Virus record (IMG/VR): IMGVR_UViG_3300043137_000081
Coordinates: 1-30,790 of that record
Length of the DNA stretch: 30,790 nucleotides
Direction: 5' to 3' (one strand)
Source: a virus
Taxonomy: Duplodnaviria; Caudoviricetes
Under the pieces are notes generated by a model, which made no database searches, was not told where the DNA came from, and was given only the letters and a program-made list of their open reading frames with translations. Each line of letters opens with the position of its first letter. Position 1 is the stretch's first letter. Made by a program: the position numbers and the translations under genes. Of the stretch, positions 18,901 through 24,820 are shown in pieces.

Positions 18901-20003
18901 GCAGCTAGCCTATCGGTATTATCTCTAGATAGTTTCTGTAATCTAGAGAAAGACTCCTCTTGGGCCTGTTTAGCGGCGTTACGGTACATACCTAATGCAG
19001 GGATTGCTTGCTTTAAAAGTATTGAACCTACTGCTGCCAATGCTACAGTTAAACCTGTAGGGCTGGCGGATAGTGCCGACATTATAGGACCTAGTACTTT
19101 ATTAAGTAGATCTAAGCCGCCTTGCATTAAATTATTAATCGAGGCAAGTACCTTGGAGTACGGATTAGTATCTAAACTAATACTACCAAATTTGCGTTCA
19201 CCTTCATCCAATACTGCATTTGCAAATGCCTGGCGTTTTTCAAAGTCACTTAAAGCACTAGCAGTTTTGCCAATACCACGAGCGTACGCCTCTTGTGCCG
19301 GAATAACGCGAGTCATAATACCTAATTCATCCAATAGTTCTGGCTGAATTTTAATAATACCCTTAGTAATCCTATCCATAGAATCAGGAAGATCTCTACC
19401 TAATGCTAGAGACGCCTTTTTCGCTACTTCTGTCATTCTAATTATTGCGGTATTGGTCATACCGCCTGAACTTGCCATAGCGGTAGATGTCATAGCATCC
19501 CGCATAGAAATAGCACCTTCAGTAACAGCCACCATTTGTTTAGCTAAACTACCTAGGTTTCTTCCCGATACTGCACCTAATTGATCTAAGCCTTTGATAA
19601 GGTTAGACGTATCCATAGCTTTAGATAGGGCCGTAAATGCAGCACTAGCTGCATATAAGTTAGCTGCAAAAGTTGCATAGACGTGAACAAGCCCGCCCAA
19701 GCCTTGAGCTTGTGCAGCAAAATCTCGCCCACTAGCGCCAGTTTGACCTGCTAGTCCTCGACTTAGATTCGTATCACTTGCTCCACCACCAGGTTGAGCT
19801 GCCGCAGCTCTGTAAGCAGCAGACATTGGTTGGCTAGCTGCTACTCCTTGACGAGCCGCACTTGTTGCTACAGGTACACGGATACCTTGAGCTGCAGTAC
19901 TGGCAGCCTGTAAAGTTTGTTTTAGTGCATGCGCGTCTTTATTCTTGTTAGCAATAGAGCCACCATCATCTAGTGTCATTCCTATTCTAATATCATTTGC
20001 CAT
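12921..20003 (-). CDS. Tape measure protein (~2360 aa)
   Basis: Likely start ATG 20003 (GAGGGAG RBS) rather than 20039. Ala/Leu/Lys/Glu-rich helical protein with several hydrophobic segments; N-terminal RDFAAQ...YATFAANLY...ELLDELG...QAFANAV matches T5 pb2 as recalled; follows the chaperone pair. Confidence 0.93.
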   Translation of the reverse strand: MANDIRIGMTLDDGGSIANKNKDAHALKQTLQAASTAAQGIRVPVATSAARQGVAASQPMSAAYRAAAAQPGGGASDTNLSRGLAGQTGASGRDFAAQAQGLGGLVHVYATFAANLYAASAAFTALSKAMDTSNLIKGLDQLGAVSGRNLGSLAKQMVAVTEGAISMRDAMTSTAMASSGGMTNTAIIRMTEVAKKASLALGRDLPDSMDRITKGIIKIQPELLDELGIMTRVIPAQEAYARGIGKTASALSDFEKRQAFANAVLDEGERKFGSISLDTNPYSKVLASINNLMQGGLDLLNKVLGPIMSALSASPTGLTVALAAVGSILLKQAIPALGMYRNAAKQAQEESFSRLQKLSRDNTDRLAAGDAEAADIAEKSFQREVKTVERVDKLKKTRTNVQIVGRDVQDLTRKSIFEQTPADIAAIKARSLSLLESDKATYKTQGKILEKSLAEGDRLRAESEAKGTAASEAREDADKRRFAHSTIMAQNLDKATSNASKRQILSITSETAAISGTKAAWKMLNNEIAQSKAGLQVLSDGTPVKATGLLANGLTRVAGTFAIASAMATNLMSALQGFAMWIGVAIAAFEILDSIFSKSAKQTEEYKNALSNLNDSFDNTRRTLDAINTKDPLSYFSVESIQAKATALGELTGSLDNVILKFNKVQEAQGPWDKFWDGIWGVVGKSSKDKLIDSVSGSVIDSFKMLDEGPAKNKARDALNKIFGQPIDVNSVKGFEQSIANLDKTIVASKAKDISKLLTDISRNSNNAAESLTGFKNALADIDKQSTSLSNALTPTDDFSKLGIELQKGATKLTESLQDPITALTALRDLAKDTKTLSLLPANVQDQLISAKNNLDSLAKAQAVAAKDLTLALAEESKALANVALVYESNSASIADGYAVQTEQVAEFSAAETLALEKAQQRTAEVRKRLSLARQASDIEVTKYGNIAAEMAKVSFDMLGKGLAKALSEAAIASARSYIDLIKSSGGPTAALEADVATRQVKIQIADIEARYANTNAIIDLGLKVRELSLIEEKKLLETDTKTRDPLVYAKVLGELAAVQFARRKIDSSEPGSSRELRGLAGQAASQATMVTGGGRGTVGIPNYLPPEAVAGIKLLKESINLSFGKDSQLAGLVQQLKSIDITKTVGLKTEAKTRELQGVQREGVGLQITSTDLANSKTLLGTYNSTLETASQINDLHILDNKAKQESISLDIKEIGAKEALASVTSRTSDNIGRSNEEQLRANAANIALTTVAADRATNLNKIESERAQIINKYYQARKTGEAAIAKIEEDHQRILRANTLELKSISDTDDEARLSNLKEIGAISEADYIKQSDRLKLAAEDRKYTEERSNYLKDQAISMGVLNDQQKAFNDKIASNNALINSGTGSEQQIAAAKASNQVALASLADINAAQKRGTDEERSHLTVMDAGNTSRKLAITLTQAQKILLAEQAVSMDKMVNITDSLTSAFGELGTNIGKAGEAILSMAQQDTKYLQDKKALEDARDKTPEDSEKRKEATTALMKLDEKHAKDKLKNDANILSSTKKIFGEQTAAFKIITGMQKVASAQSLAGELKQSSIKMGLLTEEQAAKAEGYAKDLAMQASSALESIGINIPAIYASFMAALGPFGPPIAAAAIAAFVGGGFSGGGSVDMTGKTSAERQTAQGTGTVSGDTEAKSQSIVNSLDILNATTVEGLSYSNKMVELLSQVRDGISGVAKGVYGVVGLRSGSQFGTKEGESGFNILGGLFGSSSTKQITDAGLKITGTFADMMNGVVGSLKTYEDVLTTSTSSFLWMSSTSQALSQQLGDLDPKIQKSLQAVFNNAGNLMITAGEKLGMTSREVMDKLAQVDVTTLASLRGLKGKELDEALNSILSSMLDTASSTLFVSLESYNKFGEGMLETTMRVVDGMDKVNLAMTSVGRASIGTGLSGIAFSDAMITAAGGLSSFIDNTKTFADNFLTEAERLAPKQAALTKELESLGFYGVKTKETFKDLVLGFKVTNAESAITYAKLIALSSAMEEVTASSGKSLDLEQKIYELLGKSSEALAMSRSRELEAMDELLRPRQKYINALTDEIALRDKLQAAYTSTNSTLTSSIKTLQNYKAALTAGAVSTLTPAEKYAQAKSNLLETSAQAQVAITASSSAAEIATRNAAVDKISSVSDIFLASSREMYASGSQYAADFSTITDLLDSTTGLLSTQQIETQQQLDYLKITSEATQTTAELLAKYLKAQETTTGAQSDAVTSGSIAAGITIPGHARGGLAKGISLVGEKGPELVDFTNPGRVYSNAASNDLFNTKELVAEIKALRQEVSQLRSDQKEQTGHLIATNYDANIKNANAVSTATEDAFKQQEWNTRSQVKIA

Positions 20004-20056
20004 AATTTCTCCCTCATCAATACGCAAAAAATTACGCATTATTATTAGTAGCTACC

Positions 20057-20085
20057 ATTATAGCACTTATGGATTGTAGTGTCAA
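20057..20085 (-). promoter_or_regulatory. Consensus sigma70 promoter
   Basis: TTGACA (20085-20080), 17-nt spacer ending TGC, TATAAT (20062-20057); AAAATTTT upstream. Confidence 0.9.
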
Positions 20086-20107
20086 TGGTTAAAATTTTCC
20101 TCCCAAT

Positions 20108-20141
20108 AAAAAAACCCCTGTACCATTAAGTACAGGGGTTT
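20108..20141 (-). terminator. Rho-independent terminator
   Basis: AAACCCCTGTAC-TTAATG-GTACAGGGGTTTTTTT after the chaperone-extension stop. Confidence 0.9.
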
Positions 20142-20142
20142 C

Positions 20143-20517
20143 TTATTTTGTCTTAGGTTTTGCATCCGCAATGGCTTTTGACCTATGCGTATCAATAATC
20201 CCTATTAACTCATACTGAGTGCGTCTATCTTCGACCGGTACCTCAAGCAGGTCTAGAATATCTAGTAGTCCTGCATAGGTTTTACCCATATATACACCAT
20301 TCATCGTATCCCACTCATCTCGAAGCTTTTGATATATACCAAGAGCTTCTTGAACATCTAAAAAGAAATCCTCATATTCTATAGGGATCTCTTCTTCGAC
20401 TGGCTCAGTGCCTAAAGCTTCGCACATTTCAAAGTACGTATCTTTAGTCATTGATATAGTGCTATTAGCAAAGTAGGAAGCTAGCTGGCGATTTAACTCG
20501 CGGTACTGGTCTTCGTG
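20143..20517 (-). CDS. Tail assembly chaperone C-terminal extension (gpT-like), reached by -1 frameshift
   Basis: The frame of ORF 20143..20451 stays open upstream to the slippery site: HEDQYRELNRQLASYFANSTIS-MTKDTYFEMC...; no clear RBS before ATG 20451. Confidence 0.85.
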   Translation of the reverse strand, partial: HEDQYRELNRQLASYFANSTISMTKDTYFEMCEALGTEPVEEEIPIEYEDFFLDVQEALGIYQKLRDEWDTMNGVYMGKTYAGLLDILDLLEVPVEDRRTQYELIGIIDTHRSKAIADAKPKTK

Positions 20518-20924
20518 AAATTTGACAGCTCAGTTACTGTTTCAGAAATGAAAGCATCAAAATTAGCTGAAGCTTGCATCAAGAACAAAGCATTGTCCTG
20601 ATCGTAAGGTAGATCGCTATCCATATCTTGTCCGGTTAGATCAACTGGAGCCAGCTGTTCTAGGTAAGATAGTTTGAAGCCTGACCAACCTTTAATACAT
20701 GCATTAACGTATAATTGCAAGAATAACTTGTCATCAAGTTCTTCGAGCGGTTGACGGTTTTTAAATACCGTTTTAGTTGCTTTCTTACGGATACCTACTA
20801 AGGTTTCGCGTGATAGAAATACTACGTTAATTTTAAAGCCATTGAACCCTGGGTAGTCTACTTCGACCGATTTTGACGGTACCAATAGAGACTTAAGGCT
20901 TAGAGCTGCGTTTGTTGTTGCCAT
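20493..20924 (-). CDS. Tail assembly chaperone (gpG-like, 143 aa)
   Basis: Lies between tail tube and tape measure; AAAGGA RBS; motifs VDYPG..GFKI, CIKGWSG, ends LSNF like T5-family chaperones. Confidence 0.88.
   Translation of the reverse strand: MATTNAALSLKSLLVPSKSVEVDYPGFNGFKINVVFLSRETLVGIRKKATKTVFKNRQPLEELDDKLFLQLYVNACIKGWSGFKLSYLEQLAPVDLTGQDMDSDLPYDQDNALFLMQASANFDAFISETVTELSNFTKTSTAS
20517..20523 (-). promoter_or_regulatory. Programmed -1 ribosomal frameshift heptamer A AAT TTC
   Basis: X XXY YYZ in the correct phase (TCA AAT TTC), seven sense codons before the stop; the -1 frame joins the downstream ORF. Confidence 0.85.
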
Positions 20925-20955
20925 GAAAATGGTCCTTTTATTATGAAACAGAGAG

Positions 20956-20986
20956 AAAAAGAGGTGGGGGAGATCAAACCCCCACC
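20956..20986 (-). terminator. Rho-independent terminator after the tail tube gene
   Basis: GGTGGGGG-TTTGATCT-CCCCCACC-TCTTTTT. Confidence 0.8.
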
Positions 20987-20994
20987 AGGGAAAA

Positions 20995-22206
20995 TTAAAC
21001 TACAGCTTCTGGTGACGTAGTATCTAAAGCGTAGTACTTAAGCGTAATATCATTAGTAGATGTTAAGTCATATACAGTATTAGCGCCGGTACCTGTAGAA
21101 CCTTGAGCAGTAAAGTTAATAGCTGTAGAAACAACCTGCTGCACGTCAACTGTTGGAACTGTTAATACTGCTGAAGGGATATTTGCTACAATCTTTAGTG
21201 TGTTAGCTGAACCGCCAATAGCGATTGATAGTGCAAACATTGGTTCAATCGTAACTGAGGCGGCGTCTAGCATGTTTGCTAATAGCTTACCAGTACTTGT
21301 TGAATCATCACCTGTTGAGCCTGTTTTTAGGTAAGCATTAATTGTACCAGAAACAGCACGTGTACCCGTGTAGTATACAGCAGGTAAGTTAACTGTACCT
21401 AAGTTAGCAGGAGTAACATAGGTAATGTTATTGTTAATAGTAAGTGACCCACCGGTTAACGCAACGTTATACGCAGTATTTGCAGCAGCAACAGTAGTAC
21501 CTGCTGTATTTTTGAGTTCTTTAACCAAAGTTAATGTTAGAGTAGAAAGCTTATTAGTAATAAACTTAGCTTCAGTATTTTTTACTTTGTATGAACCTGT
21601 TAGACCTGCACCAAAAGTACCGGAAACAGATGTAACTCCATCACCTAGTTTACGCAACGTAGTGCCTTGACCTGTCCAAGCACCTGTAGCAATAGCATCT
21701 AAACCGAAATCAATAGTAACTTGATTTAGTGAGCAATTATCAACAGCGTAAGCAACTTGGTCAACAATAAAGATCATACCAAATTTTTGTAATTGGTGAG
21801 CATTACTGTTAGCAAAAGATACGGTACTTGCGTTACCTGCTGTCCAGCCTGCGCCAGTCGCACCAATGGCTGCAACACCACTAATTGCGTTCCATAGAAC
21901 GCTTTCTTCGCAAACTACCTTTTGTTCACCTACTGCATCGTCAAACGATGGGCGTAGATAAGTTGAGAAGCTAAAATCCACAGGGGCTAGTGAAGTATTG
22001 AATGAGCGCTGACCACGAACAGGTGCGATACCGGCTTCACTGGTTGTAACTGTATCACTGTTAGTATTCTGTGAGAACGTAAATCCGTCTAGAACCTGGA
22101 TTTCGTATGTGTTAGTAGATAAGAAGCCTGTTAATGCTACCTTATCACTACTGTCTAAGTTTGTAGTAAAGTAAACTCTACTATTACGTACTAGATTTAA
22201 TGCCAT
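20995..22206 (-). CDS. Major tail tube protein (T5 pb6-like, no obvious C-terminal Ig domain)
   Basis: MALNLVRNSRVYFTT...EIQVLDGFTFSQ...RGQRSFNTSLAPVDFSFSTYLRP...FITNKLSTL...TGTRAVSG matches pb6 as recalled; AAAGGAA RBS. Confidence 0.9.
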   Translation of the reverse strand: MALNLVRNSRVYFTTNLDSSDKVALTGFLSTNTYEIQVLDGFTFSQNTNSDTVTTSEAGIAPVRGQRSFNTSLAPVDFSFSTYLRPSFDDAVGEQKVVCEESVLWNAISGVAAIGATGAGWTAGNASTVSFANSNAHQLQKFGMIFIVDQVAYAVDNCSLNQVTIDFGLDAIATGAWTGQGTTLRKLGDGVTSVSGTFGAGLTGSYKVKNTEAKFITNKLSTLTLTLVKELKNTAGTTVAAANTAYNVALTGGSLTINNNITYVTPANLGTVNLPAVYYTGTRAVSGTINAYLKTGSTGDDSTSTGKLLANMLDAASVTIEPMFALSIAIGGSANTLKIVANIPSAVLTVPTVDVQQVVSTAINFTAQGSTGTGANTVYDLTSTNDITLKYYALDTTSPEAVV

Positions 22207-22277
22207 TTTATTTCCTTTTTATTTAGTATCTCGGTACTAGACTAGATATTTATCTGTATTCGTACCTCTGATACTGG

Positions 22278-22715
22278 TTACATCATCTGATATCTAACCT
22301 GTAGGTTCATTTCACCTATGGCATAAGGGGCTAATAGCCCTTCATCAGTTGTTATTGAAGCTACCAAAATTTCAGTAGTTTCGTAATTTTTATCAACATC
22401 GTATACTAAAACACGATTATTATTGATAACTGTTTCGATATCCTCTAGAAGCTGTTCGAGCTCAATTTGAGCATTCTCGCCTTTACAGTACATCTTAAGT
22501 GTGATACCTAAGTATACCCAGGTGAATGCACCTGGAAGATACTCTCTAGTTTCGGAACCTGACGAGCCGTATACACATGGAAAATCATTTACTTCGTCCC
22601 AAAATTTTAGGATAGGATAAGCATTTGAATATATGTTAGTATTATAGGGCGCTTCGCCATCTATTAATTTAAGCTTTTCTACGATAGCTTTTAAAATCGA
22701 TGTTCTACGACTCAT
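22278..22715 (-). CDS. Tail terminator protein (T5 p142-like)
   Basis: MSRRTSI...IDG...FWDEVNDFP...ETREYLP...TTDEGLLAPYAIGE; directly upstream of the tail tube gene. Confidence 0.85.
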   Translation of the reverse strand: MSRRTSILKAIVEKLKLIDGEAPYNTNIYSNAYPILKFWDEVNDFPCVYGSSGSETREYLPGAFTWVYLGITLKMYCKGENAQIELEQLLEDIETVINNNRVLVYDVDKNYETTEILVASITTDEGLLAPYAIGEMNLQVRYQMM

Positions 22716-24109
22716 AGTAAGACTGCCCTCATTCTATTTCCTACTTTACTTGCTGCAATTTCTCTGATAGAGCCAGCAATCAGCAGTTTAGGGTCTCTTG
22801 TTTTTGGGGAACCTTGGCGATAGCCGGGCTCGAATGTTTGGTAAGGATTCTTCATATAGCTATAAAAAGCTGTAATCATACCTTCTCTGCTTTGACTCAT
22901 ACGTTCTACCTTGGCTGACGCTGCGAAGCGTCCGGTTTGGTAGTTTAGGATCCTAGGGTCATTGCCTGTACCCATATTTGCAGATATTACGTCTTGCAAG
23001 TGAGTGTTTATTAGAAGTTGTAAGCTGACTAAAGAAAGAGTTTCTGAATAATCTTTTTGAAACCTAGGCACAGCCTTAACTGACTGCTTTAATTTACGAA
23101 CCTGGTCAAGGTCTTTCTTAATTTTAGCTTTCGCATCCTTCGTATCTACTTTGGACGCTTTTGACTGTATTACTTTTACATTAGGTGAATAGTACTCTTT
23201 TTTAGATACGGTTTTACCATTTAAAGAATCTACAATAGACGCTTTTATAAGATCTAACATAGAGGGAGAGCCTTTTGTGCCTATTAATTTTTCAACATTA
23301 TCTAGCATTAACTGCTTGATGCGCTGTTCTGCACTTCCCTCCGTGAACTTAATACCTGTAGAAGTAAAACTTATAGCTCCTGGATTTAAGTATTTACGTA
23401 CTGCTTTAGCTAAAGGCGCTTGGGCTCTTCCTGCTTCTTCATTTGTTTCTACTAACTGCATTTCTACTAAATAACTGTTAGTACGTTTTTTATATTTTGC
23501 GTATAATCCGTAACTAGAAGTTTTTAAGTTAGAGGTAGCTAAATCTTCTTCTTCTAGTTGTTTTTCTAGATCTGATAAAAACCCTACTAATAAAGATCTG
23601 GCTTGATCAGTAAGAGTAGTATTAGTGGCTAGTGATTTTCGTGTTTGAGCTAGTTTTTTAGGGAATATGCCAAAAACGTGGCCCTTTTGAAAAAAACTAC
23701 TAATAGATATATCGGGGTTCCTTACCTTTGCCTCAGTTAGTACATCTTCAAACCCTGTATCTAGTATAGAACTTATATTATCCATACTTATGCGTGGATA
23801 ATATAATGCCTTACCATCAATATAAGGTTCTGTAATAGTTTTACCTACACTACCCTTACCGTACTTAGCTTTTGCTAAATTAGCAAAAACTTTGGTTACT
23901 TGTTCCGGGGAAGCTTGTACTCCGGATAACTTTTCTATTATATCTGATATTGTTTTATTAGTAATATAAAAAGAGTTAAACTCCTTACCCGATTCTTTTT
24001 TACGAATATCTTTAGAGGACATTTTTAAAATATTATCAGTACTAAGTCTTTGAAACCAAGATTTTAAAGCTGCAGATTTTAAAGCATTGCTAAACTCTTG
24101 TACGCTCAT
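22712..24109 (-). CDS. Tail completion protein (T5 p143-like C-terminus) with a long N-terminal extension
   Basis: C-terminal LNYQTGRFAAS...YSYMKNPYQTFEPG...RDPKLLIAGSIREIA; synteny between head completion and tail terminator. Confidence 0.72.
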   Translation of the reverse strand: MSVQEFSNALKSAALKSWFQRLSTDNILKMSSKDIRKKESGKEFNSFYITNKTISDIIEKLSGVQASPEQVTKVFANLAKAKYGKGSVGKTITEPYIDGKALYYPRISMDNISSILDTGFEDVLTEAKVRNPDISISSFFQKGHVFGIFPKKLAQTRKSLATNTTLTDQARSLLVGFLSDLEKQLEEEDLATSNLKTSSYGLYAKYKKRTNSYLVEMQLVETNEEAGRAQAPLAKAVRKYLNPGAISFTSTGIKFTEGSAEQRIKQLMLDNVEKLIGTKGSPSMLDLIKASIVDSLNGKTVSKKEYYSPNVKVIQSKASKVDTKDAKAKIKKDLDQVRKLKQSVKAVPRFQKDYSETLSLVSLQLLINTHLQDVISANMGTGNDPRILNYQTGRFAASAKVERMSQSREGMITAFYSYMKNPYQTFEPGYRQGSPKTRDPKLLIAGSIREIAASKVGNRMRAVLL

Positions 24110-24111
24110 AA

Positions 24112-24738
24112 TTAATTATAGCTCGCAGTATATAGATCTAGGATACGCTTAATGTGTGCAGGGAAGTGGGTATTACTCAAATACTCAATCTGCATCGAAT
24201 TAGGGTTAACGTTCTTATGTGTGTGCACAGAAGAATCATTTTTAAGGTAGTAAGCTATAATATCTAAGATACATAGTTTTAAGTCTTGTGGAATCTCTAG
24301 ATACCCAGCAGTATATGTAATTATATAACCGTTGATAGCTTCTGGAAAGATTTTAACTTTGCTGGAACCGTATGGTGCATAACCATATGACTCTAGTGGT
24401 ACTGCATCCATTATTAGTGCTCGAATACTGTTAGTAGCCTTAGATAGTACATAATTAGTATACTCTGTTAGAGTAGTATACGTGGCGCCAAAGTCTGTAG
24501 AATACTCTAAGCTAGCAACGGACAGTACTGGGTACTCAGATAATTCAATAGCATCTGTTCCGCCTTCGCTGTATTCAACCTTAGCATCGTCTACGTAATC
24601 AATAAAAGTTCTGCGGCAGATACTTTTAACTAACTCGCTAACTTTTGGTATAATTGCATCTATAGCAGAATCACTAGTAGTACTAGAGATGCCCATGTAG
24701 GCCTTATATTCTGCTCTTGTAACTAGTGGTAGTCCCAT
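24112..24738 (-). CDS. Head completion / head-tail adaptor (T5 p144-like, 208 aa)
   Basis: Likely start ATG 24738 (AAAGGAAT RBS; the 24804 ATG lies inside the terminator). LVTRAEYKAYMGI...ITYTAGY..IPQDLKL...FPAHIKRILDLY. Confidence 0.85.
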   Translation of the reverse strand: MGLPLVTRAEYKAYMGISSTTSDSAIDAIIPKVSELVKSICRRTFIDYVDDAKVEYSEGGTDAIELSEYPVLSVASLEYSTDFGATYTTLTEYTNYVLSKATNSIRALIMDAVPLESYGYAPYGSSKVKIFPEAINGYIITYTAGYLEIPQDLKLCILDIIAYYLKNDSSVHTHKNVNPNSMQIEYLSNTHFPAHIKRILDLYTASYN

Positions 24739-24781
24739 ATTTATTCCTTTATCTTTTACATAGGCTGCACGCAACCAATGT

Positions 24782-24808
24782 AAAAGACGGGACCGAAGTC
24801 CCATCTTT
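24782..24808 (-). terminator. Rho-independent terminator after the capsid gene (C-UUCG-G tetraloop)
   Basis: AAAGATGGGAC-TTCG-GTCCCGTCTTTT. Confidence 0.85.
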
Positions 24809-24820
24809 ATTTACTTAGAC

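Noticed and set aside
20004-20039. Track start of the tape measure at 20039
   Set aside because: No RBS and it lies in a leader hairpin; ATG 20003 has GAGGGAG.
24739-24804. Track start of head completion at 24804
   Set aside because: The ATG sits inside the terminator stem; ATG 24738 has an RBS and gives a family-like N-terminus.
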